A DNA stretch of 64,000 nt from Candidatus Woesearchaeota archaeon (GTDB taxonomy: Archaea; Nanobdellota; Nanobdellia; Woesearchaeales; ARS49), in the NCBI GenBank assembly GCA_038891615.1, contig JAWADY010000002.1:96001-160000 (forward strand), read 5' to 3'. The notes beneath the pieces are model-generated. The model was not told the origin of the DNA, did no database searches, and worked only from the letters and a program-made list of their open reading frames with translations. The first letter of the stretch is position 1, and each line of letters begins with the position of its first letter. Position numbers and translations under genes: made by a program. Shown in pieces: positions 27,288-37,412 of this stretch.

Positions 27288-27923
27288 ATGAAAATAATCT
27301 TGTTCGGTCCACAAGGCTCTGGAAAAGGAACGCAGGGCAGACTCCTTAGTCAAGCTTTTGGTATTCCACATATTGATGTTGGAGAGCTTTTGCGCAAGGA
27401 ACTTGAAAAGGGAACAGAGCTTGGCATGCGGGCAAAGAAAGTTCTTGAGCATGGAGGCTTTGTAGAGGATGGTGAGATTTTCAAACTTGTGAAGTCAAAG
27501 CTGTTAAGCAGCGAGTCCGAAAAAGGGTGGATTCTTGATGGTTTTCCAAGGACGCTAGAACAGGCAGACTTTCTTGAACAGGTTGCAAAACCTGATATTG
27601 CTATACTTTTGAAGATTCCTGACCGTATTGCAATCAAAAGACTTTCCAGCAGAAGACAATGCCCAAAGTGCGGAAGGGTATACGGCTTAGATATTCCCCC
27701 AAAAAAGCGAGGGAGGTGTGATGAGTGCGGGGAAAGACTTCTTAGGCGCAAGGATGACAGTCCTGCAGCAATAAGAAAGCGGCTTAGACTTTATCACAAA
27801 GTTACAGAACCAATACTTAGGCGTTACAAGAAGCAAAGGCTTGTTTACGAAGTTGATGCCTCAGGGGCTATTGAAGAAGTTTTTAAGGAGCTTTGTTCTG
27901 TTGTTAGAGAGTTCTCTGAGTAA
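27288..27923 (+). CDS. adk: Adenylate kinase (bacterial-type, Zn-binding LID)
   Basis: GPQGSGKGTQ, GWILDGFPRT and LID CPKC…CDEC…RKDD. Confidence 0.93.
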   Translation: MKIILFGPQGSGKGTQGRLLSQAFGIPHIDVGELLRKELEKGTELGMRAKKVLEHGGFVEDGEIFKLVKSKLLSSESEKGWILDGFPRTLEQADFLEQVAKPDIAILLKIPDRIAIKRLSSRRQCPKCGRVYGLDIPPKKRGRCDECGERLLRRKDDSPAAIRKRLRLYHKVTEPILRRYKKQRLVYEVDASGAIEEVFKELCSVVREFSE

Positions 27924-28888
27924 CGATAAAATTTATTATTAAAGAGTTGCCTAATAAACTCTGTTGCGTAGCTTCCTTTTGGAAGGTCAAAATTTAGCTG
28001 TAACTTCTTTTTGCCAGGATTAAGCTCGTCTGGTTTTGGCCCTTGAACCACAAGCCCCTGCGCTTCTATCCAAACTTTCCGTGTGCTTCCTTCACAGCTT
28101 AGCTCTGGGAATTGCTTGATTATAAAATCCTTTGTTGTCAGACTCTCCCTTTTCAAAATGTTCTTTACAAGTGGCTCTTCTGAAGTATCAAAGCCAATTA
28201 TTGGAAGTACGGCTTCAGGTTCAATGTCTTGTGCCTGCCTTAAATATTCTTTTGCCATCTCATTCCACAGCCAGCTTTGGTAGCTTGCCACAAAAAACTT
28301 TAACAGCTTTAGATGCACTTGCTTGAGAGCACCAATTGGATCAGAAGGAACTTCTTTTAACCGCTGCTTAACAGCAGGGTATTTTTTAGCAGCAAGTTCA
28401 GCAGCCTTTGCCCATTCTTGATGTAGAATTGCCCTACCTATTTCGAGTCCGTCGCCCCTAAACCTTTGCTCCCCGAAAAAGTTCACAAAGTACTTTTTTA
28501 TCTCCGGCATAGAATCAATGCCGCGCACAACAATTTCAAACCGATTTCCAACATTGCTTCCAAGCGAGATTGGTTTTTTTCCCCGACCAAGAAAGGTTAG
28601 CTCGATGCCCTGGCCTAATAATCTGGCTCCAACTTTTTCCAATCTTTCTTTTCCTATTCCTTTAACAGAACAAATCTGCTCTGTGATTGCTCTTTTATCT
28701 TTATTTCCAGCCCATCCAAACATGCGAAGCCGAAGCCCTAGCTTTTCAGCAATCACCTGCAACGCCTTGAGGGTTGTCCAATTCCTCTTTTTCAACACAA
28801 AGTATGCAAATTTACCATCCTTTTTTGGCTTAAGGTTCATAAGTTCTTTTACTACAAAGTCCTCTGGAATTTGCTTTAATTTGAACAT
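27845..28888 (-). CDS. truD: tRNA pseudouridine-13 synthase TruD
   Basis: KQIPEDFVV.E, catalytic AGNKDKRAITEQ, GNRFEI, NFFGEQRF and LPKGSYAT. 3' end overlaps adk. Confidence 0.93.
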   Translation of the reverse strand: MFKLKQIPEDFVVKELMNLKPKKDGKFAYFVLKKRNWTTLKALQVIAEKLGLRLRMFGWAGNKDKRAITEQICSVKGIGKERLEKVGARLLGQGIELTFLGRGKKPISLGSNVGNRFEIVVRGIDSMPEIKKYFVNFFGEQRFRGDGLEIGRAILHQEWAKAAELAAKKYPAVKQRLKEVPSDPIGALKQVHLKLLKFFVASYQSWLWNEMAKEYLRQAQDIEPEAVLPIIGFDTSEEPLVKNILKRESLTTKDFIIKQFPELSCEGSTRKVWIEAQGLVVQGPKPDELNPGKKKLQLNFDLPKGSYATEFIRQLFNNKFYRYSENSLTTEQSSLKTSSIAPEASTS

Positions 28889-28920
28889 GATGCTCCCTCT
28901 CGAATGTAATTAAAGGCAAA

Positions 28921-29025
28921 CGCGCCCGGGAGGATTTGAACCCCCGATCTCCAGGTTAGGAACCTGTCGCTCTATTTGTCCGAGCAGAAAAGTGCTTTCT
29001 GCCCACCAGACTGAGCTACGGGCGC
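28921..29025 (-). tRNA. tRNA-Arg(CCT) with a 30-nt intron in the D-loop (28976-29005)
   Basis: Minus strand: GCGCCCG TA GCTCAGTCTGG[intron]ATAGAGC, anticodon loop TTCCTAA, GGTTCAAATCC. Intron forms a BHB (GTCT/GGAC helix, GGT and AAA bulges). Confidence 0.9.
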
Positions 29026-29105
29026 ATTGAAAGGAAAGCTCTTTTAGTGTTTTTAAATATTCTCACCAGCTGTCAGTGCCTTCTTAGCCCTTGCCAAATA
29101 GCTGC

Positions 29106-30962
29106 TCAAGATGAGCTGCCAAGCATTCTTTTCAAAAGCTCTGCAATCTTTTGGCCAGGTGCCTTTCCTCGAAGCTTTGACATAGCAATGCCCATTACAG
29201 CATTGAAACCAAGTCCTGCCTTTTCAGCAACAAGCGCCTTTAGTTCCTTTTCCAATTCCTTTTCAGAAAGCTGCCTAAACTGGCCAAGCACTTCTTTAAC
29301 AGGCTTTGCGGTTGCAAGGATTGGCAAAATGGCTTCTTTTGAAATCTCGCCCTTCTCAAGCGCAGAGAAAATGCTTTCAAAATCCTCTTCGCTAAGCCAA
29401 ATCTCAAGATTGAACTCTGCTTTAACCTTCTTTTCAACCGTCATGAGCAGCTCAGCTATGTATGCTGGCTTGAGGGTTTTGAACTTATTAACAAACCTTT
29501 CAAAAATGTCTATACGGTCACTTTTTGCAACTAACTCAGCAAGGTCTTTTGAAAGTCCGAGCTTTCTATACCTTGCAATCTTTTGTTCAATGAGCTCCGG
29601 AAGGGCTATGCCGGAAAGCATCTCTTTTGTAATTGTGATAGGAGGAATGTCTGTTTCTGGATACATTCGCGCAGCCCCTGGCATAGGTCTAAGGTAGCTT
29701 GTGCTTCCATCAGCATTTGCTTTTCTAACTTCTTTCGGAACCCCTTCAAAAGCCTCAAGCGCACGTTGTCTTACAGCCTCCAGCGCAGAGAACGCCTGTT
29801 GCCTATGACCTGCTACGACAATCACAAAGCCATCTCCTTTCCCGCATCCAAGAGCTTTTGCAACCTTTGCCTTTTCCTCACTGCTTATACCATATCCAGG
29901 CAATTCGTCCGAATGCAGTATTCCTCCAACCCCTGCTGCAACAGCAGCCCTTTCTGAAAGTTCTGTTCCAAAACGCCTGCCAGGTTGAAGCTCCTTGCCA
30001 AAAATTCCTTCAAACAATGGCAACTTAAGTGCAAAAGCGCTTCCATTGCTTTGAATTGTTGACTGAATGAGCTTTGATTTTGTGCCTTCCAACAATGCTC
30101 TGACATCGACAGGTACGACCTTTTTGATTGCCTCTGCCTTTGCGCCCCTTAACTTAAGTTCATCCTTAATAGCAAGCAGACCAAGTTGGCGTCTTACTTC
30201 GTTCTCAACAAGCACAGGTATCATCCCAAGTTCCTGGCATCCTTTTATCTCTATTCTCTCACCACCAGTTATGGAAACATTTACATCCTGCCTTATTGTC
30301 CCAATCCCGCGCTTTACACTTCCTGTGCTCCTAAGTAGCAGCCCTAGTTTCTCAGCAGCCTCTTTTGCCTGTTCTGGACTTTTTATGTCAGCTGCGGTTC
30401 CTATCTCAATCAAAGGGATGCCGAGCCTGTCAAGCCTATAAATGATATGCTTGTGACCTCTTTCCTCTTTTATTATCCTCGCAGAATCCTCTTCTAAGCA
30501 AATTGTTTTTATTCCAATCCTTCCTTGGCTTGTTTCAATCTCGCCATCGAGTCCAACAAGAGCTGTTCTTTGGAAGCCTGTCGTGTTTGAGCCGTCAATA
30601 ACAATCTTTCTCATCACCCTAACTTGGTCAACAGGTCTTGCCTTTAAAAGAAGGCTTACTTGCAGTGCAGTTCTAAGAGCAGTTTCATTAAAGCTTTCCG
30701 GAGGGCTCTCATCAAGTTCAACCAGGCAACTGACATCTCTATGCACTTCGTAGATAAAGCTTAACCCTTTCATTTGCTCAGCAAGTGCCGCGAGGTCAAC
30801 TTCTCCAACCTCTCCTGGCAGGGCCCTAAGCTTTCGCAAAATTGTGAAGTCAGGGCTGCTTTCTTTAATTATTGTAGGGCATTTACAAAACAGTTTTTTG
30901 CCTTCGAGCTGTTGATGGACCTCAAGCCCTACCCTAAGACCAAGCTTTGAATAGTCTGCCAT
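29106..30962 (-). CDS. gatE: Glu-tRNA(Gln) amidotransferase subunit E
   Basis: GLEVHQQL…KLFC, MRKIVIDGSNTTGFQRT, LDRLGIPLIEI, IRQDVNVSI and RPMPGAARMYPETD. Confidence 0.97.
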   Translation of the reverse strand: MADYSKLGLRVGLEVHQQLEGKKLFCKCPTIIKESSPDFTILRKLRALPGEVGEVDLAALAEQMKGLSFIYEVHRDVSCLVELDESPPESFNETALRTALQVSLLLKARPVDQVRVMRKIVIDGSNTTGFQRTALVGLDGEIETSQGRIGIKTICLEEDSARIIKEERGHKHIIYRLDRLGIPLIEIGTAADIKSPEQAKEAAEKLGLLLRSTGSVKRGIGTIRQDVNVSITGGERIEIKGCQELGMIPVLVENEVRRQLGLLAIKDELKLRGAKAEAIKKVVPVDVRALLEGTKSKLIQSTIQSNGSAFALKLPLFEGIFGKELQPGRRFGTELSERAAVAAGVGGILHSDELPGYGISSEEKAKVAKALGCGKGDGFVIVVAGHRQQAFSALEAVRQRALEAFEGVPKEVRKANADGSTSYLRPMPGAARMYPETDIPPITITKEMLSGIALPELIEQKIARYRKLGLSKDLAELVAKSDRIDIFERFVNKFKTLKPAYIAELLMTVEKKVKAEFNLEIWLSEEDFESIFSALEKGEISKEAILPILATAKPVKEVLGQFRQLSEKELEKELKALVAEKAGLGFNAVMGIAMSKLRGKAPGQKIAELLKRMLGSSS

Positions 30963-31078
30963 ATTAGCTAACCTTCAAACAGGGCGCTCATTCACTTCTT
31001 GAAATTCCTTGGCTATAAAAAGCTGATGCCGCAAGCTTTTTAAGCACAGCATTTTTAGCTATTAAAAAGAGGGAAATA

Positions 31079-31468
31079 ATGGTTTTTATTTCGTCGTTTG
31101 GTGTGGCAGAGGCGCTTTGGCTAGCGTTTATGGCTCTTATTGGAACTCTGCTTCTTATGCTGACTGCAAAGGTGTTTAAGCTCAACGCGAGCTTTGAGCA
31201 GGCACTCCCTGTTTCTATTCTCTCATTTGCTATTGTTTGGGTTGCAGCACTTCTTTTTTCACAACTTGACTTACTTGGTGTTGTGCTAAGCTGGTTTACA
31301 AGTGTAGTAAGTAGCATATTACTGGTCAAGTGGAGATACAAGCTTGGCTTAGGCTGGTCTGCCGCAGTATGGCTTGTTTGGGCAATGCTAAGTTTTGTTG
31401 TTGGATTTGCGCTCGGACTTATAGCACCAATTTTCTTTCCAAAATCTTTCTTAGTGCAGCCACTTTAA
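31079..31468 (+). CDS. Hydrophobic membrane protein (about 4 TM)
   Basis: Almost entirely hydrophobic 129-aa ORF with GAGG SD. Confidence 0.72.
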   Translation: MVFISSFGVAEALWLAFMALIGTLLLMLTAKVFKLNASFEQALPVSILSFAIVWVAALLFSQLDLLGVVLSWFTSVVSSILLVKWRYKLGLGWSAAVWLVWAMLSFVVGFALGLIAPIFFPKSFLVQPL

Positions 31469-31749
31469 TCCTTATTCCTGCTGATAAGAGCGATGAGTGA
31501 AGCAACAATCGTTAGCCCCAGAATCGATTCAAGAAAAGTTTTCACAACTTCTGTACTGCCATATTTGCTGTACAATATATAAGCCGCTCCAAACCCAACA
31601 AAAAGGGGTATTGGGAGGTATTTACGAGTCAGCTTCTCAAAATATCCTCTCTTCAATCTCGCCTTGTATTGCTGAAGCTTGATTTTCTCAGCAAGCTTTG
31701 GATTCTTTTCAAGAGCTTTTTTTATTGCTGCTTCCCACTCTTGACTCAT
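31465..31749 (-). CDS. Small membrane protein (2 TM)
   Basis: MSQEWEAA… with two C-terminal hydrophobic segments. Confidence 0.6.
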   Translation of the reverse strand: MSQEWEAAIKKALEKNPKLAEKIKLQQYKARLKRGYFEKLTRKYLPIPLFVGFGAAYILYSKYGSTEVVKTFLESILGLTIVASLIALISRNKD

Positions 31750-31802
31750 TTCGTTTTTGGAAAAAAGCAACAAATATAAAATTTTTGTGGATGTTTTTTG
31801 TC

Positions 31803-32036
31803 TCAACGCTTCCAAACAACAGCTCCCCTTTTATGGACCTCCTTCACCCTGTGCAAAGGTATTTCAGCTTCTTTGCCTTCACGCTCAATCACAACAAAAT
31901 TTCCCTCAATGCGCTTGATTGAAGTATATGGAAGCTCAACAAGCCTGCCAAGGTCGATGAAGCAAAAAGAGTACTCCTCAGGCCTTTCCTTTGGGTCCCA
32001 CTTGATTTTATTAAAAAGTTCTTTTATTGTTTTCAT
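31803..32036 (-). CDS. DUF504 / MJ1316-like RNA repair-associated domain protein
   Basis: NKIKWDP…IPLHRV…G.VVWKR signature. Confidence 0.88.
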   Translation of the reverse strand: MKTIKELFNKIKWDPKERPEEYSFCFIDLGRLVELPYTSIKRIEGNFVVIEREGKEAEIPLHRVKEVHKRGAVVWKR

Positions 32037-32076
32037 GAGTGCTTATCTTAGCAAAATCACATAGGTGCAACGCTTT

Positions 32077-33378
32077 CTAATCTATTTTTTCAAGCCTTTC
32101 TGAGACTTCCCCAACAATGCTTTTTTGAAAAAGCTCTTCTATCATATCCTTTGGATAGTTTGAGAGCAACCATGCAAGCTTAACAAAAGCAGTCTCTGGG
32201 CTCATATCTGTGTGATTACCAATAACCCCGAGCTTCTGGAGTCTTCGTCCTGTTGAATAGACATCAAGGTCTATTCTACCATAAATTGTTTGAGAAGCCA
32301 TTGCCACAACAGTACCAGAGCTCACAAGCCTTGAAATTGCCTCTGCAATCTTTGAGTGTTCTTTCGTTGCAACATCGCTCTCATTTATTGGTGCATGGCC
32401 AAGACCCGTGCCTTCAATGACAAGTCCATCATAGCCCTTGAAGGCAAGAAACTCCTCAGCAGACATGTTTGGATGAACTTTCAGCAGCCCAACTTTTACA
32501 GCCTCGTTTATATATGTTAGCTTTGGTTCACGCTTTGACCTTCTCTCATAGTCTTCTCTCAAAAATTCAATTTTTCGTGATGAAAAATCTACCTTTGCCC
32601 ACGGAATTGTTCCAATTGCCTTAAAGGCATCCCTTCTGCTTGAGTGCATCTTTCTACATTTAGTTGCTGGAAGCACAATACAACTTTTGTCTTCAATGCT
32701 TTCGTGCATGCAGACAACCACGCCTGCGAAATCCGCTCTTGCAGCAAAAAGGCAGGCAGAGAGAAGGTTTAGTGCTGCATCAGTAGATGGTCTATCAGAG
32801 CTTCTTTGGCTGCCAACTAGAACAACAGGAATTGGTAAGTTCTGAAGCATGAATGAAAGCGCTGCAGAAGTGTAGTGCAGTGTGTCAGTGCCATGGGTTA
32901 TCACTATTCCCCGTGCACCAGCCTTTATTTCTTTTACAATTTCCTGAGCAAGAATGTTCCAGTGATGAAAACGCATGTCCTCTGAAAAGATGTTCATCAC
33001 AAGCCTGGAACTAACATTAGCAATTTCCCAAATCTCAGGAAACTGGGCGAGAAGCTCTTCTGGGCTGAATCTTGCAACAACAGCCCCGGTGGCATAATCA
33101 ACTTTCGAGGCGATGGTTCCTCCTGTGTGAAGTATGCTGATCGTTGGCAGCCCTTTCTTTGGAATCTTTACTTTAGCTGCTTGAAGTTCTCTCTTTTTTT
33201 CAATAAGGTTGATTGAAAGAACATTTCCTTTTGCTATGCCTATGTTATAGCCAGAATCCAACTTTAGCACAAGAAATCCTTCCTCTTCGGGCATGAGCAG
33301 CCCTTCATAAGAGGCATCTGTTGTTTCAATCCTTACCCTGTCGCCGGCCGCTGCCTTAACCTCTTTTGCCACAAACAC
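32077..33378 (-). CDS. gatD: Glu-tRNA(Gln) amidotransferase subunit D
   Basis: KLDSGYNIG, HTGGTIASKVDY, HGTDT, GSQRSSDRPS and KMHSSRRDAF. Confidence 0.96.
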   Translation of the reverse strand: MFVAKEVKAAAGDRVRIETTDASYEGLLMPEEEGFLVLKLDSGYNIGIAKGNVLSINLIEKKRELQAAKVKIPKKGLPTISILHTGGTIASKVDYATGAVVARFSPEELLAQFPEIWEIANVSSRLVMNIFSEDMRFHHWNILAQEIVKEIKAGARGIVITHGTDTLHYTSAALSFMLQNLPIPVVLVGSQRSSDRPSTDAALNLLSACLFAARADFAGVVVCMHESIEDKSCIVLPATKCRKMHSSRRDAFKAIGTIPWAKVDFSSRKIEFLREDYERRSKREPKLTYINEAVKVGLLKVHPNMSAEEFLAFKGYDGLVIEGTGLGHAPINESDVATKEHSKIAEAISRLVSSGTVVAMASQTIYGRIDLDVYSTGRRLQKLGVIGNHTDMSPETAFVKLAWLLSNYPKDMIEELFQKSIVGEVSERLEKID

Positions 33379-33399
33379 CCTTCCCCTTTTTGTCAGTTT

Positions 33400-35691
33400 T
33401 CAGCCAAAGTAAACAGGCTTTTCTTCTTCCATCGCCTTTGCCCTTGCAGACCTGAATTTGTTGAGGAGCTTTGCATAAGCATCTTCAATATCTTTGGTTA
33501 CAGATGGAGGGACCTTCTTAAGGGCTTCTGCAAAATGTTTTGATGTTACGCCACTTGCTGCAATGTTTTCACGCAGCGCAAGTATTGCTGCTTCTCTACA
33601 AACTGCTTCGATGTCCGCTCCAACATATCCTTGTGTCTTCTTTGCAAGCTCTTCCAAGTCAACATCCTTCAATGGCATTCCTTTTGTGTGCACTTTGAAA
33701 ATTTCAAGCCTTGCCTTCTCGTCTGGTACAGGCGTTAGAATTATTCGATCAAATCGCCCTGGCCTTAATAGTGCTGTATCCAACATGTCAGGCCTGTTAG
33801 TTGCTCCAATGACCACAACATCATGCAGCTCTTCCAGCCCATCTATTTCGGTTAGCATTTGGTTCACAACTCTCTCTGTGACGTGGCTGTCAGAACTGAT
33901 ACCTCTTCTTGGGCATAGGCTATCTATTTCATCAAAAAATATTATTGTTGGAGCTGTCTGTCTTGCCTTCTTGAAAACATCTCGAACAGCCTTTTCCGAT
34001 TCTCCAACAAACTTTGATAGCAGCTCTGGCCCTTTCACAAGTATGAAGTTTGCTTCACTTTCTGTTGCAACAGCTTTTGCGAGCAGAGTTTTCCCTGTTC
34101 CAGGCGCACCATAAAGCAGTATTCCTTTTGGAGGCTTCACTCCAAGCCTTTTGAAGGAGTCTGGATACTTCAGTGGCCATTCAACAGCCTCCTTTAGCTC
34201 TTGCTTAACCCCTTCAAGTCCGCCTATGCTCTCCCAGCGAACATTCGGCTTTTCAACGAACACTTCACGCAAGGCACTTGGACGTACAACCTTAAGTGCC
34301 TCTTTGAAGTCGGCTTTGGTTACCTTGAGTTTTTCAAGAACTTCTTTTGGAACAGTCTCGTCATACTTAAGGTCAGGCATTACCCTTCTAAGAACTATCA
34401 TCGCAGCCTCTTTTGCCAGCGCTGCAAGGTCTGCTCCAACAAAGCCATGCGTTATTGCTGCAAGTTCCTTTAGGTCCACATCCTTTGCGAGAGGCATATT
34501 TCTTGTGTGAATTTTCAAAATGTTTAGCCTGCCCTCAAGGTTTGGTACGCCTATTTCAAGCTCTCTGTCAAACCTTCCAGGCCTTCTCAGCGCTGGGTCG
34601 AGCATATTTGGAACATTTGTTGCTGCGATGACAACAATTTTACCCCTTGATTTCAAGCCGTCCATGAGTGAAAGAAGTTGTGCAACCATTCTTCGTTCCA
34701 CTTCTCCCCTCGTTTCTTCACGCTTTGGAGCTATTGCATCAATCTCATCAATGAATATGATTGCAGGGGCATTTTTTTCAGCTTCTTCAAACTTTTTCCT
34801 TATGTTTGCCTCGCTCTCGCCATAAAACTTGCTAACAATTTCAGGACCATTTATTACAATGAATGCCGCATTTGTTTCGTTTGCTATCGCCTTTGCAAGT
34901 AACGTTTTTCCAGTTCCAGGCGGACCGTGAAGGAGAACCCCCTTTGGAGGCTCTATTCCAAGTTTTTCAAAAACCTCTGGATGTTTAAGAGGAACCTCAA
35001 TCATTTCTCTCAATTTTTTAAGTTCCTCATCAAGTCCGCCAATATCTTCATATGTAACCTCAGGAACAGATTCTTCTTCTATCTTAATCGCTTCTGGATT
35101 TAGCAGTATCTCTGTACTTTCTGTTACAATTACTGGGCTTTTTGGAGGGCTTACTTCTGCAACAGCAAATTTGAGGTCTCCAAAGCCCCCAAAAGCAAGT
35201 TCTGGCTCAAAATCAAAAAGAGTGTCAGTGAGCTGCTTGAAAATTTCATCATAGAAAGGGTTACCAACCATCATTGTTTTCCTTCGTCTTGTCCCACCAA
35301 GCGCGATTATGTCTCCCTTCACAACTGCCCTGCCAAGCAGCGCTTGGCTGAATATATCTGGTGAAGCCTTTACGACAACACCTTCCTTTGCAGGGGCTAT
35401 GACTATTCTTTTAGCCACCTTTACATCCGCCTTTCTTATCTTGACAGCCTCACCAACAGATGTTTTGGCATTCTTTCTTGTAAGGCCATCCATTCGAATT
35501 ATTTTGAGTCCAATGTCTGCAGGAAATGCGCGGTCGACAACAGCAACAGTCCTTCTTCCACCTTCTATTTCAACAACATCTCCTGCTCTTAGACCAAGCT
35601 CTTTCATAATGCTTGAATCAATTCTTACAATTCCTTTGTATGCATCATCATATACTGCTTCTGCAACCCTTAGCCTTATTTCTTTGTTCAT
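33400..35691 (-). CDS. cdc48: CDC48/VCP family AAA+ ATPase
   Basis: N-domain plus two AAA modules (GPPGTGKT…DEID; GAPGTGKT…DEID), RPGRFDR twice, C-terminal …YFG. Confidence 0.96.
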   Translation of the reverse strand: MNKEIRLRVAEAVYDDAYKGIVRIDSSIMKELGLRAGDVVEIEGGRRTVAVVDRAFPADIGLKIIRMDGLTRKNAKTSVGEAVKIRKADVKVAKRIVIAPAKEGVVVKASPDIFSQALLGRAVVKGDIIALGGTRRRKTMMVGNPFYDEIFKQLTDTLFDFEPELAFGGFGDLKFAVAEVSPPKSPVIVTESTEILLNPEAIKIEEESVPEVTYEDIGGLDEELKKLREMIEVPLKHPEVFEKLGIEPPKGVLLHGPPGTGKTLLAKAIANETNAAFIVINGPEIVSKFYGESEANIRKKFEEAEKNAPAIIFIDEIDAIAPKREETRGEVERRMVAQLLSLMDGLKSRGKIVVIAATNVPNMLDPALRRPGRFDRELEIGVPNLEGRLNILKIHTRNMPLAKDVDLKELAAITHGFVGADLAALAKEAAMIVLRRVMPDLKYDETVPKEVLEKLKVTKADFKEALKVVRPSALREVFVEKPNVRWESIGGLEGVKQELKEAVEWPLKYPDSFKRLGVKPPKGILLYGAPGTGKTLLAKAVATESEANFILVKGPELLSKFVGESEKAVRDVFKKARQTAPTIIFFDEIDSLCPRRGISSDSHVTERVVNQMLTEIDGLEELHDVVVIGATNRPDMLDTALLRPGRFDRIILTPVPDEKARLEIFKVHTKGMPLKDVDLEELAKKTQGYVGADIEAVCREAAILALRENIAASGVTSKHFAEALKKVPPSVTKDIEDAYAKLLNKFRSARAKAMEEEKPVYFG

Positions 35692-36152
35692 TTTGACTTC
35701 ACTCCTTTTTCCCTAGCCTTTTTCTTTCCAGCCTTTAGGACAGATTCTTCTTTGCCTTTTTCAGCCTTTCCTTTATTAATGAAGAATAGACTTATCTTTC
35801 CAGGCTGTTCAAGGCAAAGCCTCACCATCCTGTCCATTCGCTCCTTCATCCTAGCAAACCTTTCAAAATGGCTTGCCATCTCCTGCTCAAGTTCATTGTG
35901 AAAATCGATTATTTCTCTTGGTATGGAAACTGCCCAACTATTGCCAACCATTCGAAGTTTTACAGAAAACTCGCGCTGTCTTAGCTTATTAAAGTCTTCA
36001 TACTCCTTTAAATCAGAAGGGTGATACCACTGCCTACCGCATTCTGGGCATTTCCAGTATCGAAGTTGGAAGCCTTCTTTCATTGCAACTCCTCTTTCAG
36101 TCTTTTTTTCACAATCCTCACAAAGTATGGTAGCATCAAAGATGTCTCCCAT
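35688..36152 (-). CDS. Zn-ribbon plus AbrB/MazE-like DNA-binding domain protein
   Basis: CEDC…CPECG followed by [17 protein letters not shown] (AbrB swapped-hairpin motif). Stop overlaps the cdc48 start. Confidence 0.8.
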   Translation of the reverse strand: MGDIFDATILCEDCEKKTERGVAMKEGFQLRYWKCPECGRQWYHPSDLKEYEDFNKLRQREFSVKLRMVGNSWAVSIPREIIDFHNELEQEMASHFERFARMKERMDRMVRLCLEQPGKISLFFINKGKAEKGKEESVLKAGKKKAREKGVKSK

Positions 36153-36364
36153 TTGTATCAACCCTTAGTATATACAGGAGAAATATACAATTGGTATATA
36201 AAGCTTTCGGTCTGTGCTTTTGTTAGGTAGAAATTAAGAAAATGATTGCCTTTTACACAGACGTGGCTATATGCCGTATAAATTATTTATACTAAATTTA
36301 TTTAAGTACCGTTAAAGGGTATATTTGCTTCACTCCTCTAAAACAATATTTATTTCGGAATTAA

Positions 36365-36838
36365 ATTTCTCTATTTTTCCTTGGGAAAAATATACTGCAT
36401 GTTTTTTTATATCCAGAAAAAAACTGGGAGAGCAATTTTAAAAGTACTTTACTTCACGAATTTGCTCATTGTATTCAACCTTATTACTCTTATAGAATGA
36501 ATGTTTTTGAACATTTAATTGCCGATGGTCTAGCTGAACACTTTCAAATGGCCTTTACCAAAAAAAGAAATCCTTGGACAAGAGCTATAAGTAAAAAAGA
36601 TGCGATTAAGATATTTAAGGGACTAATTGATAATATAAATAAAAGTATGGAAAAAAATTATTCTTTTCATACAGCCCTATTCTTTGGAAATAACAAATAT
36701 CCTTTGTGGAGTGGGTACACAATCGGATTTTATTTAGCAAAGGACATATTAAAGGGAAATAAAAAAATAAACTGGAGAGCAGTATTAAAAAAGAGTCCTT
36801 TTAGCTTCAAAAATAAATTAAAGAAGTGGTTCTATTAG
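36365..36838 (+). pseudogene. 5'-decayed DUF2268-like Zn-dependent protease remnant, AT-rich
   Basis: In frame upstream of the track ORF is …LLHEFAHC (HExxH), followed by DGLAEHF and YPLWSGYTIGFYL. In-frame TAA at 36362 with no ATG before the motif. Confidence 0.72.
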
Positions 36839-36883
36839 GTAAGCACTTCCATCTCCTCATGTGAGGTCTACTGCCCTGTTGTC

Positions 36884-37300
36884 TTACTTCTTTTCTTTTG
36901 CCACAACCTTCGGCAGCTGGATTGAAGGAGGCAAACCCATCTCCTTGCCAAGAAGAAGCGCCTCCACCGAACATTGTGTGAGGCAGTGATTAAGAACTTC
37001 TGTCATTACCTCTTCAGGAATCTTTTTTTCGCTCTTCCATCCTTTTTCTATTTCTTCAATTCGTTCAGGTTTGTCAAAGTAAACAAGTTCACCATTGAGC
37101 GATATAAGAGCTATTTTTGGCTCATAAGCTGCCTTGAACTCAAACGAAAACTTTGCTCCCTTGCCTTTTGCAGGGCCAAGGGATAAATCTATTTTTTCAA
37201 CTCCAGTTATACTGATGTTGTTGGATATGCTTATTTTTCCTCTCACAGGCGCGTTCTTCTCAACAACAATTTTGTTAAATCCAAAACCAATGATTGCCAT
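36884..37300 (-). CDS. Conserved archaeal hypothetical protein (possible SecB-like fold)
   Basis: MAIIGFGFNKI…FEFKAAYEP…I.L.G…LPPSIQLP. Start moved to ATG 37300. Confidence 0.75.
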   Translation of the reverse strand: MAIIGFGFNKIVVEKNAPVRGKISISNNISITGVEKIDLSLGPAKGKGAKFSFEFKAAYEPKIALISLNGELVYFDKPERIEEIEKGWKSEKKIPEEVMTEVLNHCLTQCSVEALLLGKEMGLPPSIQLPKVVAKEKK

Positions 37301-37412
37301 TTTTATTGTGTTTTTTGAAGAATATTTAAAGGCTTCGATTCTGCAAGCAACAACTGCTTTAAATTGAGTACCGACCGCAACCATTTTATACCCACCCAAC
37401 GAGCCTTCTAAA

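Noticed and set aside
29047-30441. 216-aa and 124-aa ORFs antisense to gatE
   Set aside because: Shadow ORFs with no independent support.
33494-34825. Long plus-strand ORFs (206, 119 and 101 aa) antisense to cdc48
   Set aside because: Ser/Phe/Leu-rich mirror-frame ORFs with no motifs, expected from the codon bias of the real gene.
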